Part shown: positions 13,713 through 26,500 of the stretch, in pieces
Layout: each line of letters opens with the position of its first letter
How positions within the stretch are numbered: the first letter of the stretch is position 1
Source of the DNA: Octopus sinensis
Lineage: Eukaryota
NCBI RefSeq assembly: GCF_006345805.1
Contig: NC_042997.1
Coordinates: 36,394,001-36,458,000, forward strand
DNA: 64,000 nt
Reading direction: 5' to 3'
Program-made: the position numbers and the translations under genes
Notes under the pieces: generated by a model
What the model was told of the DNA's origin: nothing
What the model saw: only the letters and a program-made list of their open reading frames with translations
Databases searched by the model: none

Positions 13713-15811
13713 TTATTTGTATTCATATATATTTTCCTTTCCAGCGAGATGTATTTGTTATATCCATAGTTCTTTTTTTTTTCTTTTTGCTAAGCTGACC
13801 ATAGTTGTAAATGACTGGCCATGTTATATTGGTTACTCATCCAACAGGGCAAAATTTTGCCAAATGAAAAAAATACAAAGCAAAAAAAACCCCAAAAAAA
13901 ACAAACAAACAAAAGATTCTTCTATCAAAATTTTGTAAGTCGGTTAGTAAGAATGGAACACAAGAAGTGAATCTGAAGTTTAACGCGTCCAAAATGTTCA
14001 AAATCTCCCACTACGAACTCCACATTAATGACACCTAACACCAATGGCTACAGTGATAGCAGTAACACAAGCAGTGGCAATTGCAACAACAGCAATAATA
14101 GCAAGAACGATGATGGTTTGAATAAACTAGCAGACAGTAATCGTAATCGTAATGCCGTCACCAGTAAAATTACCGGTGGAAGAAAGGAAATCATTAAAAC
14201 AGCAACCTCCCCATCTCAGTAGCAAACCTCTGCACAAGCAATGGTGCCAAAACTACCGCACTTCAAAATATCAAATGACAGAAGCATTAATAACATCAAT
14301 AAAAGCAGTAAGAGCGATTGAGTCACGGTTAGAGAATTTCCTTTGTCTGTGCAGCATTAACATTTGCGTTAATCCCGTGGTAAGAAAACAGAATTTGGGC
14401 GCAAGGGCCTAACGTACATGGAAACATCTTTTAAAAAATTGAAAAGAAATTCAATTAGTATTGGGTTGAAAAATATAGATTTATGCGAAATCCGAGACAC
14501 AGGACAGGACCCCCGACCTAAAAGAAATCCCAGCAGGGGAGCAACTTCATTTTGTAGTAGAACATAGAAGGTAAGGATGACACACTCATGACATTAACGA
14601 TTATATCAATACCTTTACAGCCCTCAACAACAAAGAAACCTGACCGTTAGCATAGCCAAGAGAGCTACAATGATGATAACTATTGCTTTTCATTATTATT
14701 ATTATCATTATTATTATTAGTATTATTATGATTATTATTATTATCATTATTCAGAACGTTGCTTAAATTTGCAGTATATATGGATATGTCTCTTACTGTA
14801 TACACAATCAATACGAAACCTTTAAAATAAACTTGTAGTTAATTATACGGAATATCTAATTATTCAGAATACCTAAATTTCCAATATCTCACTATGGATT
14901 CCAATGTCATTGCATATCAATAAGCATTACAATGCCTAGACAAATGAAAGCATTAATTTAATTTAACTAATCTTACTATTTATCTATCTGGGTACTGATA
15001 TTAAATTAGTATCTCAACCTGTCTCTCCTCTCCATCACATACATAAACATTTGCATCGTTGTATCTAATTTTAATGACCTCGAAATTTATAGCGGCAAAT
15101 AGACATGGCTACTTCTTGTGGAGATATAAGCGTATGTAAACATAAGATAATAACAAAGACGTTTCATGTGGCTACACTTGTTGCGCATGTGAGATTAAAC
15201 ACAAACAAACGATATTTAACCCAGCACGCGTACACGCGCATAAATATTTACATAAGTTTGTGAGTGTGTGTGTGTGTCTGTGTGTGCGTGTATGTGTGGT
15301 TAACTGCCTTGGCCCCTTTTTGAAAACAACAACATTTCTGCGGATTCTTCACTTTCTATGTCCGTTCATCCATCTCGAATCCTTCACACGCATTATGCTG
15401 GCATATGAACGATGACAATTTGTAAATGAATTATTTATTGCAGTCAACAATGAAGCATTGACAGACACTGACAGAGTGGTTTAAATTTGTCATTTTAGGC
15501 TTAAAACTTGATTTTGATAATACATTGATTATTTCAAACCGACCATCACGGAGTATCTCTAATCGTGTATCCTATGTAGACTTTTAAATGCTAGCGCTGA
15601 ACAAAGCCATGACCCATGCGGAAGCATGATCATAATTCAGATTTTCAGGCAAGAGTTTAGATTTATTACCCGATCAAGCTGGACACGAAGTATATCACCG
15701 GAGAAGATTATCACCACCGTGCGAGTTTTGTGGCAAGGAAACTTAGTGAATATGAAGTCATGATCTTAGAACATGCGCTCTGAATGAACATATATATATA
15801 TATAATATATA

Positions 15812-15843
<32 letters not shown>

Positions 15844-16078
15844 GGGGGGTGCATATATGTATGTATATATACATATATATGTATATAAGTATATATATAT
15901 ATATATATATTTATATACACACATATATATATATACACATATACATATGTATACATATACATACATACATATACATATATATACATATATATATATATAC
16001 ATATACATATATATACATACATATATATATATACATATATATACATATATATATAATATATATATATATATAATATAC

Positions 16079-16121
<43 letters not shown>

Positions 16122-16160
16122 TATATATATATACATATATATATATACATATATATATAT

Positions 16161-16714
16161 TATTATATTGAGGGTACTACTATTCGTAGATACCAACACG
16201 CTAAGAGGGACCAATGCGGTCAAAACTACTAAAATAAACAAAATTTTACCGAATGCAAAACTTCAAAACACATCATTTTAAAAAAGAATTCAGTTACATA
16301 TCACATGTGATTTCGCATTTAATGCAGAATGTGCATTTCATGTTCATCAGTGCAAGAAACTCAAGAAATATAAGAGAAAACATAACATTACAAGCTCGAT
16401 AGCCAACCGTAGAATTCGTCGTAGCATGTACGAATGTTTATCTTTACATATCTATGAAAATGGCGGGCTTATTCGCAATGCATTTCGGTGACAAATTGTC
16501 TAGTCGGAATAAAAATTCAGTATTGAACTATTCCGGTGAAAAATATAAATTAACAATTGAGGATAAAATGTTGGTATCTACGAATAGTAGTACCCTCAAT
16601 ATAATATAAATGAATATTTTCAAAGAGGAAGAATTTACGGATTTTTTCTCTTACGAGGTTTTTCACGCTGACTACTGATAATTTCTTTTAAAGATTTTAT
16701 CCTCAATTGTTAAT
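16161..16714 (-). mobile_element. Penelope-like terminal fragment with interleaved inverted repeats, inserted in (TA)n
   Basis: A 38-bp perfect IR (16161-16198 / 16569-16606) and a 21-bp IR (16549-16569 / 16694-16714); contains a hammerhead fold. Penelope assignment is inferred from the hammerhead plus inverted-terminus architecture. Confidence 0.55.
16294..16355 (-). ncRNA. Type I hammerhead ribozyme fold
   Basis: Minus strand: TTGCA-CTGATGA-ACAT.GA.AATGCA.CATTC.TGCATT.AA.ATGC-GAAA-TCAC.AT.GTGA-TA-TGTAA. Stem I TTGCA/TGTAA, core CUGAUGA and GAAA, AUA cleavage triplet. The only defect is A instead of G at 10.1. Confidence 0.7.
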
Positions 16715-16861
16715 ATACATATATATATATATATATATATGCATATATATATATACATATATATATACATAATACACACACTCACATAAATGTGTGTGCC
16801 TGTGCGTGTTGGCGAGTGTGCATGTGTATGTATGTGTATATGTATGTTGATATGTATGTGT

Positions 16862-17071
16862 GTGGAGTCACGTGCTCTAGTTGTTAGGATGTTGTAATCA
16901 GAGTGGTTACTTTGCCTGTTCGATTCCAGGAACGGATGACAGGCTGCGAGTTTATGGCAAAAAAATCATTTCATATTGTTCCTGTTGACACAGCAATCAT
17001 ATATTAATAAACCTCTGACGAACCGGTGGCAAAATATACACACAATAGAATTCGAAAAAACGGACTTATTA

Positions 17072-17075
<4 letters not shown>
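16862..17075 (+). mobile_element. tRNA-derived SINE, family C (degenerate)
   Basis: TAGTTGTTAGGATGTTG A-box-like head, GTTCGATTCCAGGAACGG B-box, tail AAACCTCTGACGAACC; homologous to the copies at 17350 (minus) and 57010. Confidence 0.6.
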
Positions 17076-17127
<52 letters not shown>

Positions 17128-17227
17128 GTTGTCCTTCAGCGTTACTGCAGCTGGAATACTGAAACAATTTGAAGAATTAAAGATTTTTACATTTATAAAT
17201 ATTGTGACAGAAAGAGAGAGAGTGAGT

Positions 17228-17275
<48 letters not shown>

Positions 17276-17349
17276 TACAGAGACAGAGAGGAAGAGGGAG
17301 AGAGAGAATGTAACACAGACACAGAAAGAAAAAGAGAGAGATCGAGAGC

Positions 17350-17580
17350 ATGAAAATTCCTTATCAAGCCATAGCCTAATAATTCCGGTTTCGCAAATAC
17401 TGTGGTGTGGATATTTTGCCACCTGGATTGGACACTGGTTCGTCACAGGTTTAATAATATGTGCCAGCTGTGTGAAAAGGAACAATGTGAAATGATTTTT
17501 TTTGCCTTAAAAGAACGGCCAATCACCCGTTCCTGGAATCGAATTAACAAGTTGCAACATCCTAATAACTACAGCTCTTG
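17350..17580 (-). mobile_element. tRNA-derived SINE, family C, inverted relative to 16862-17075
   Basis: Its reverse complement shares GGATGTTG, TTCGATTCCAGGAACGG, GGCAAAAAAATCATTTCA and AAACCT(G/C)TGACGAACC with the upstream copy. Confidence 0.6.
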
Positions 17581-17624
17581 CCTCTATACACATACATATG
17601 CACACACAGATATACACACACATA

Positions 17625-17666
<42 letters not shown>

Positions 17667-18585
17667 CGCATGCGCACTTTTCTATATTTATTCATATTAT
17701 GTATATTTATTCATATAGATAAATGTTTATATTTGGAGCTTCTCTCAGCTTCTGTCTATTAAATCCACTGACAAATATATTTAATCGGCCCGGGGCTATA
17801 GAAGAAGACACTTGCCCAAGCTGCCGCGCAGTGAAAGAAAAGCCGTAACTATGAGGTTGGGAACCAATCTTCTTACTACAGAACAATTACACACACACGC
17901 GCACAGACATATACATACACACACGTGTGTGTGTGTGTGTGTGTGTACGTATCATAATTTCAAGGGTGTAAAATTCGAAAAGAAGCTATGCCTGGCCTCT
18001 TACACGCCTAGCATAGGCGCATAAAATAAAAGGAAACAGAGAAACGTGCCTACACACACACACACGCACACACACACATACACACGCACATACACACGCA
18101 CACACACATACACACACATACACACACATACACACACATACAATCACACGCATGCATACTCACACACACGACCGCAGAAGAAAATATACGTAGAAACACA
18201 CAAACACCTTATATTTAAAATGGTTAAAATTGCTGAAGCTAAAGGTGAATTGGAGGGGATTCTACTGCTTTCTCTAAATACTTACAAATTACTTAGCCAA
18301 GTGTCAGACTTCAAATATTCGGTCTCTGTAATAGAATGTAATAGAGATTTTCTCTGATGATTCATTGGGGTTAGGCATCTTAAAGCATTTCGGGCATTTA
18401 GTATAGGGTTCCACATAACAACAATGCGAGACGTACGTTGGAACTAATAACATATACTTCTGTTTATCGTAATTTCCACCTATGTGTGCTCTGTATTATA
18501 TATCTACTAACATATTCCAGCCAAACTCCAAGTTGCTGAGATAGACACACTATTGTACAGAAGCTGCTTAGATAATGTTAATCTA

Positions 18586-18915
18586 CGTAGCTCACTGGTC
18601 AGATTATTGGGCTCACAATCATGATGTAGAGAGTTCGATTCCCGGACCGGGAACGTTGTGTTCTTGAAAAAGACACTTTATTTCATGTTGCTCCAGTTCA
18701 CTCAGCTGTAGAAATGAGTTTCGACATCACTGATGCCAAGCTGTATCGGCCTTTGCCTTTCTCATGGATAATAGAGTATGTGTGAGGAGGGGAGGCTAAT
18801 ATGCATGGGAGACTGCTGGCCTTCCATAAGCGACTTTGCCTAGACTTGTACATAGGAGGGGGATTTTCTTGGTGGATTGCCATGGTCATTTATGATCAAA
18901 GGGAGTTGTTATGTG
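18586..18915 (+). mobile_element. tRNA-derived SINE with the C-type head/core and a different tail
   Basis: GAGTTCGATTCCCGG B-box and core GTTGTGTTCTTGAAAAAGACACTTTATTTCATGTTGCTCCAGTTCACTCAGCTG. Confidence 0.7.
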
Positions 18916-19348
18916 GTGCTCTAGCTCATAGAATAGCTTTAGTACCAGTATATGTGTGTGAGTGCTTGTGTGTGTCTATGTGCGTACAGAGATAAAAACA
19001 CACACGTACAGTCTACATGCACGTATTTGTGTTATCTTTCATCATACACTTTCTCTGTGACTCTCTTTTGAAAGGTTTAGTCGAACAAATAGACCCCTAG
19101 TTTTTAAACCTGTACATATCTTTCTTGCAAACATCAATTGCTAAATATATACAAGACATAAAATGCAAGTCTTCCTAATGCTATTCAGTGTAGTATCCTC
19201 ACCAGAGCCAAATTCTGCTCTGAAAATAGAAAGCCATTGCGATTTGTGCCAACATATAAACTTCGAAAAATATTCTCACAAGACGTTACTCAGAATATAA
19301 TAACTGAAAAGACTCTATCTTGCATTCATAGAATACATAGGACCAAAG

Positions 19349-19672
19349 GGTGAGGGCGCGTGGCTTAGTGTTTAGGGCATTCGGCTCATGATCGTAAGGT
19401 TGTGAGTTCGATTCCCGGCGACGCGTTGTGTCCTTGAGCAAGACACTTTATTTCACGTTGCTCCAGTCCACTCAGCTGGCAAAAATGAGTTGTACTTGTA
19501 TTTCAAAGGGTCAGCCTTGTCACTCTCTGTGTCACGCTGATTTTCCCCGAGAACTACGTTAAGGGTACACGTGTCTGTGGAATGCTCAGCCATTTGCACG
19601 TTAATTTCACGAGCAAGCTGTTCCGTTGATCGTATCAGCTGGGACCCTCGTCGTCGTAACCGGCGGAGTCTT
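19349..19672 (+). mobile_element. Well-preserved tRNA-derived SINE (C-type head/core, third tail type)
   Basis: A-box TGGCTTAGTGTTT, B-box GAGTTCGATTCCC, core GTTGTGTCCTTGAGCAAGACACTTTATTTCACGTTGCTCCAGTCCACTCAGCTG. Confidence 0.85.
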
Positions 19673-19894
19673 ATTAGGACCAAAGGCATATTTACGTCTC
19701 GAAATACACTAACCGGTAAATCTCAAATAACATACATGAATTGCAAAGATATGTTCTTTCATAAGGTCTAACTTATACCCACGCACATAGACACGCACGC
19801 AATATCTGTTTAACTTAACCTCAGCATTTATTACCACACACTTCTATTTTGTGATTATTTGTACCATGTACCTATCATAACTACAACCCTCATT

Positions 19895-19973
19895 ACTATG
19901 ATAATAATAATAATAATAATAGTAATGATAATGATAATAATAATAATAATAATAATAATGATAATAATGATGG

Positions 19974-20007
<34 letters not shown>

Positions 20008-20024
20008 AATGATGATAATGATGG

Positions 20025-20103
<79 letters not shown>

Positions 20104-20188
20104 AATGATGGTGATGATGATCATGATGATGATGATCATGATGATAATGATGGTGATGATGATGATGATGATCATGATGGTGATGATG

Positions 20189-20242
<54 letters not shown>
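19895..20242. repeat. Compound (ATA)n-(GAT)n-(ATT)n microsatellite
   Basis: Direct reading of the sequence. Confidence 0.95.
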
Positions 20243-20768
20243 GAGTGGTAGAGCGGTGTAAAATATACGAATCTTCAAATACATATCATGACTACCCGTC
20301 TGATATGGGTATTGTAGTTACATGCATCAGAACTAGATGGGCCCAGCATGGTGATCTCATGTGATAAATAAACAGCACATGACATTACGGGTGGGACCCA
20401 GTTACAATTTTCTTCTGGTCGAGTAGCCTATCCCGCTCAAAATGTCCCTGACCAAGGGTAGTTTAAAGATGTTGAATGAAACAACTATTTTTTTCATCAG
20501 TGATTTATTCAAACCGAAATGAATTCCTCTCAATACGTGGCTATAATGCTCACCGTCTACATCTGCTCGTGATCAGAGATGCACATATTGTAAGCCATGA
20601 AGGGACATACTCAACTGGTAAAGGTTAAACAATGAACAAGCAAATTTGTGGTATTGAGCAGACTATTTTATGTCGCCCATCTGTTCTATACCAAGACAAA
20701 ACGAGTACACAAAAATACTCCCCATCAGTTAAGATCAGAAGCCATGAGAGTCAGTGTCTGGTACTGCA
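20243..20768. mobile_element. ~530-bp interspersed element flanked by (ATT)n
   Basis: Collinear with 31243-31789 (CATGAC..CCCGTCTGATA, GGTGGGACCCAGTTA, GATGCACATA, CCCATCT..ATACCAAGACAA, CATGAGAG..TG.CTGGT.CTGCAT). Confidence 0.75.
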
Positions 20769-20810
20769 TTATTGTTATTATCATTATTATTATTAAGATT
20801 AGCATTTATG

Positions 20811-21021
20811 GTGGTGATCGGGCGGAAACGCTTGCGCGCCGAACGAAGTGCTTAGCGGTATTTCGCACGTCGTTACGTTCTGAGTTCAAATTCTGCTCAG
20901 GTCGACCTTGCCATTGAACCTTTCGAGGTCGATAAATTAAGTACGAGTTGAGTACCGGGGTCGATGAAATCGGCTCATCCCTTACCCCAAAAGAGCTGTC
21001 CTTGTGGCAAAATTTCAAACT
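20811..21021 (+). mobile_element. tRNA-derived SINE, family A
   Basis: GTTACGTTCTGAGTTCAAATTCTGCTCAGGTCGACC..GAGGTCGATAAATTAAGTAC. Confidence 0.8.
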
Positions 21022-21028
21022 GTTATCC

Positions 21029-21074
<46 letters not shown>

Positions 21075-21079
21075 TAATT

Positions 21080-22140
21080 CTTGGTAGTTTCCTCTTGAGA
21101 GAACCGAGATTGAGTCAATGGTTCTAGGTCGTCAAAGGATGCATAAATATTGTTTAAATGAGAAGCTCCTGTTTCAGATACGCAGAAAGCTCTCAGGACC
21201 CTGATCTTTTGGAGCCCATGGCTGTTGATTTCATCAGGGAGTTTGTTGGTGAATTTGTTCAGTATTTTTTTTTCTTTTTAACGGGCCGCAGAGCACCAAC
21301 AACGATTAGTATTTCATTAGCGTTACAATGCCTACAACAGCTTATCATTATCTCTAAAACTTTATTCTTTTTATTCCGGTGACTCTTCTGGACATATTTC
21401 TCTCTGATTGTATTGTGACGTCTATTAATAGGTATTTCATTCATTCTTATGTTTAATAAAACCTTGATAATGATGTCCAAACGGTTTACTGCTTTTTCTC
21501 GATATAAATGAACAGGTATATCCCATAGTATGCCGGTGATCTAATTTTTCATGAGATTTTCCCGTTGATGTTCAAAGCAATTCTCGATAGTTTTAACGTT
21601 ATACACTTGTTAAGTCACTCATTTGATGTACGTTGGTGCCTTGATCTGATGCTGGATCTATTCTTTCTTAGAAATTCTTGGCGGTCAGAGACAAGGCTGG
21701 TAATTGCTTGTTCCATGTTGCTACATATCATACATAGGAGTCGGTAGTGGATTTTATTAATTTGTAACGACAGGATATTGTTGGAAATCTCTAGCACTAG
21801 TCTCGTGTAACAATCATGAAACCTGCCGTTCTGATTTAAGGCCAACTACGCTACTAAATTTGTGTGTCTACGTTACCGCTATTTACTCTTAATACATACT
21901 TTCCATCCATTACCTTTTCATCCCTTTTTGCTCTTGATATGTTCTCTTGAAATTTGGCTGTTTTACTCTTTAGATGCACCTGGTGGTTGTGTCATGTTCA
22001 GCAGGTGACAGTTCAGGAGTCTCCAGATTTTTGTTGTATATTTTGGCCCACTATCTATTTCTATTACATAAGGAATACCACAAGTGTCATATTTATGAAT
22101 TGATTAGGATTAGTGCAGATAATATTACATTATTGATTCT
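21080..22140 (-). mobile_element. Degenerate R4/Dong-type LINE (zinc-knuckle and restriction-like endonuclease region)
   Basis: Minus frames give DGKYVLRVNSGNVD, LLCMICSNMEQAITSLVS, ILWDIPVHLYREKAVNRLDIIIK (PD-motif region) and ILIVVGALRPVKK. The 3' end abuts (ATT)n at about 21030-21075. Confidence 0.75.
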
Positions 22141-22384
22141 ACTTCCAAATTTAAATACAAGGTATTTCTTCTACTTTATGTGAATGTAGTGTATTTCTGT
22201 GTGTTTACATATACATATAGGATTGTATATATTTTATATACATATAAATATAATATATATATTATATATACAGATTGCTATCTATCTCTATATATGTGTG
22301 TGTATGTGCTTGTGTATAAGTTTATAAACACACACACACATACGCACACGTACATACATATATATGCCTATATATACATACGCC

Positions 22385-22459
<75 letters not shown>

Positions 22460-23025
22460 CAATCTGTGCATTTAATCCAAAGTCGGCGTACTCTGATAAC
22501 ACTATAATCTACAGTATACCTTTTGAGAAAATATCTTGTGCAGACACATGGTACTAAAAAGCACGTCACTATCGCTAGTCGACGAAAAGTGCCAGTACGG
22601 GCACTAGAACCACTGGATTATGGGAATTCAATGCGATAAACATCATCATCATCTGATTTTAGATTTTCTGCTAAGTGATTGAGACGTCCAAAAGCCAACA
22701 GCAGTTATGAAGCGCTTGTTATGGGCAAACATGAATAGAAAGTTACTCACGCACTTCGACACACAAACACGCACATACACACGTAAACACACACCTATGT
22801 ACACGCAACCCAGCACAGTTTTCGGTGCTTTTCCATTCAGTGTCCTTCAATCAAGCGTGGTTCAGAGTGAACTACGTAAGTTTCTTTATTTTTGGCTAGT
22901 TAAATACACCAAGGAAAGTGATGGGTGACATGTTGAAGCCCGATATACGTATACAGTTTATCTTTAGAAGGACATCAACTCAACACCCCTGCAGGGCGGA
23001 AATTTGGAGATTAATTTATTCTAAA

Positions 23026-23332
23026 CTAGCAGTATCACCCGGCGTTGCTCGGGTTTGTAAGGAAAATAACTATATAAGCATTTCTAGAGAGTTACTTCCC
23101 TTATATTACCCAAGCAAAAATCATTGAAACTGCGGAAAAATGATGGTATTTTTTTTTTTAAATCGTAGACTCATCGTAGACACGCGCTAATACCCAGAAG
23201 GGCTCGATATGAATGACGACTGTAAGATACCCGCTTTTGGTTAAACTGCACCGCAAAATGTGTGAGTAGTTAGGAATCGAAATCGGAGGAGACAGAGTCT
23301 CACACACATAACTTCAATTTTATATATAAAGA
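23026..23332 (-). mobile_element. Non-autonomous Helitron
   Basis: Minus strand begins TC(TTTATATATAAAA) and ends with hairpin CCCGAGCAACGCCGGG plus CTAG, between host A and T, with no TSD. A second copy lies at 37261-37643. Confidence 0.8.
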
Positions 23333-24449
23333 TTACGTCAAAGCATCTAGGAGCTTTCTAATACGACTTTTTGTACCGGGTTTAAAGGAAACTGAATTGA
23401 GTTAATGTTTAATTTATTTACGCCGATGGAATTCTATCAACATGTTTTATGATTGTTCAACATTTTAGTTGACGTTTGTGTTATCCACAAGTTATTCACA
23501 TGTTTCAACATGTGTTGATATAGTTTATAAGACAAAACAAATGCAAAGGAATATATTCTAAGCTAGTGATAATCATGATATTTAATTGGACGTTATGACA
23601 GCATCTTGACATGTACTTCCACCAAAATAACTTACCGTATACACACACATGAAAACGACAGGCATCTTTCAGTTTTTCTCTACCTAATCCACTCACAAGA
23701 CTAGTCATTCCGGGACTATTGTAGAAAACAATTTCCCATGTTGTCTTATAGTGGGACTGAACCCGGATCGATATGGTTTAGAAACGTTTTTCTTACGACA
23801 CAGCAACACTTACACCCAATTGTTTGTTGTTTTTAGCATGTTATTTAATTGTTTTTGGCTCTCTCCTGTACATTGTTTATTTTGCAAAGGAAGAGTTCTG
23901 ACGAAATGTCTGACGAAAAGTTCTGACGAAAATTCGTATCTTATGCATTATGGAAATGTTTCTACGATCATTTTTATCTACACTGATTTCCAAGTTTTGA
24001 AGGTGATTGCTTTTTGGCTACGGCTTCGAGGTTCCTACCCAGAAATAGAATTGTAGTTGTTGTACAATTCATAAAATTTAACCACTCTGATTTATAGAGC
24101 CAACATACGAAGATACTTAGTTTTATCATTTTAAAAACATGACCGATGACGTCATTTCTTAATCATATTGATATTGAATTTGATATATTAAAATTTAAAT
24201 ATGCATCTTCGAAATTCTTTCGGATTAAAGTCATATTAATTTATAAAACACAACCACTTTGTTGCTATATTACACTGAAATACACAACACACAAAACAAT
24301 ATAGCATAGTTTAAGAAGTTGAGAAGAAATACAAACGCCTCTGTCACCATAAAATACGGAGTAAAAAATTATGCAAGAAAATAGGATCTATATAAATATT
24401 TTGAAAGGGACGACTAAATAAAAGTAGCTTTTGAACACGGATTACGAAT

Positions 24450-26500
24450 CAAATAACGATTGTTATTATCCGGTCAGTTTCATAAAATACCTAAACTACT
24501 TTTAGTCACGAACATCCGGCAAAATGTTTCAACAGTAATTTTCTAAGACAATTGTATCAGACATTTGGGTGTACACTTACAGGACTTTTGGGGCATACCG
24601 CCACATTTATTGCGACTTTAATTGGCTCTATCAACAGATACTCACAACCATAGAACTTTAGATTGAAACGTTATGTTTTTCCTTCGGTGGAGGATTTATC
24701 ACTTCTAAATATTTGTAATCCAAAATGGCCTGTACATACGGCTGTAGACAGAACAAGGACAAACCCAACCGCGTCTAAAAGAATTGTTAATATAAATGAA
24801 ATAGTAAATCAACCGCAACTGCTTACGGAGTTTTAAGACGTGCCTGTTTTAAATATTCGCAAGCGAAACTGGTCGATCAAGGCACACGAGATTCTTATAG
24901 TTTCCCAAGCATTTCCTTTTACTCTAAGAATATCGGTCAAAAGTAAAAGAGGTATGCAAATACTTCGGAGATAAACGACTGTCTTGAAAACTAATACTTT
25001 TGTATTGTTGATACTTTTAGGCTTGGCTCCAGGAGAAGAACGCATAAAAATTAAATAAAATTGTCGTCAGTTGTAAGTCGTACATCACATTGTGGAGAAA
25101 CGCCAGTTCTGTACATAATAAATGTAATGTCATCAATGAACAGGATTGCCGCACATCTCAGGGAAGCACCTGGCATGCAACCTGCTAATACCACGGTACC
25201 TGGCGTATATTAATATAACTGAGTGGGTAATTTATCTCTCTCAAAGGCTTCAGTATAATTACAGAGATCCAGAGTGAATTAAAATATGATGCATTCTCTG
25301 GAAACAGCATTTACATTTTATCAACAGTGAGAAAAAAATAAATTGATGATATTTGGTATTGCGGATGACATTTTACGCATTCCTAATAGCAATGGCTTAT
25401 TAATTGTAATGGAATGTTAATATAAATCAGACGAACGGCGACATTTCGCTGAGAATTCAAAAATGTAGTAAAAATCGGTCATTATTTTATTTTTTTTTTT
25501 TTTGTTTAACTAATGGAAAGTGTCTACTTCTGTAACGATTGACCAATCAGTATATTTGGAACAAATTTATAGAAGCATAAATGTGGTACGGGAAAATTTC
25601 GAGCAGAATTACATTTGAGGAGGTTTGAACATGATTTGCATATTTCGTAACCAACAAAGCGAATTCAACAAATTTTATTCTTTCTTTTGTATGCGTTTGT
25701 GGAACACACAAGTTTTTAAAGATAGATTAATGAGAAAAGCACGGTGAAAAAGAAATGTTAATGTTGGAACATTACCCTCCGAAAATCAAAGCTAACTTGC
25801 TGCCAACACTTCATAACAAACAAGATATAATGAGACAATTTGCTAAAACTTTAGTTAAGATACGCGATCCTCCCAATAATCTCACATGCTGCTGTAATTC
25901 AATAAATATTAAGAGCAGTTATCATAGACGGACTATAGACATAGACGTTAATGAAAAAAGAAGAAAAATATCTGGATAACATACGCTAATGTAAAAAAGG
26001 ATTTGGTGGATGTGGAAACAATAAACTCCAAAATAATATTGATCTAGTATATAGATTTCATTTGTTTTCTTCTAATAGTCAAATTGCTGGTGCGTAAGAA
26101 GACTCCCTCCAATGTTGTGTTCGCTGAAACAAGTTTTTAAATCTATATTCTGAAACAGATGGAATTTGTTGACGAGGCGATGCAGTTTTTTCTCGAAATC
26201 TAGCAATGTTTACAATTTCTGCAATGAAATATGAAAATTTCTAATACGTTTTAGCAAAACGGATTTAATTATCACAAGAGTGTGAACCTACTTCTGTAGG
26301 TAGATGCATGTAAAATATATTAGAACTTTCCACAAAACTGCTGCACATGACCACAGTAGCTTCGTGCCAGTGATATGCTTATGTCCTTCGCAGTATGGGG
26401 TTACAATTTGTTTTAATACGCACATTTTAAGCACAGATAATAATTCACGCCTATAAAATACACTAAATGGATGCCTTGCACGTAAAATGATACTCATAAA
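24450..26500 (-). pseudogene. Possible highly decayed hAT (GTF2IRD2-like) transposase
   Basis: Short minus-strand peptides in the expected order, e.g. YFIGVNYYLCLKC (BED-finger-like) and ELAFLHNVM; many stops and frameshifts, so weak. Confidence 0.3.

Noticed and set aside
14028-14600. ORFs with KPLHKQ and TEALI resembling Dong-type motifs
   Set aside because: Only two short matches with wrong spacing; not enough to call.
19349-19425. tRNA-like sequence with A and B boxes
   Set aside because: No acceptor stem or complete cloverleaf, and it continues into a SINE core.
20700-20768. Possible HDV-like pseudoknot at the end of the 530-bp element (minus strand)
   Set aside because: Pairings are broken in the copies here, and no P1.1/P4 or catalytic C segment could be placed.
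23897-23931. TCTGACGAAA three times, resembling a hammerhead core
   Set aside because: No stems II or III; a short local tandem duplication.
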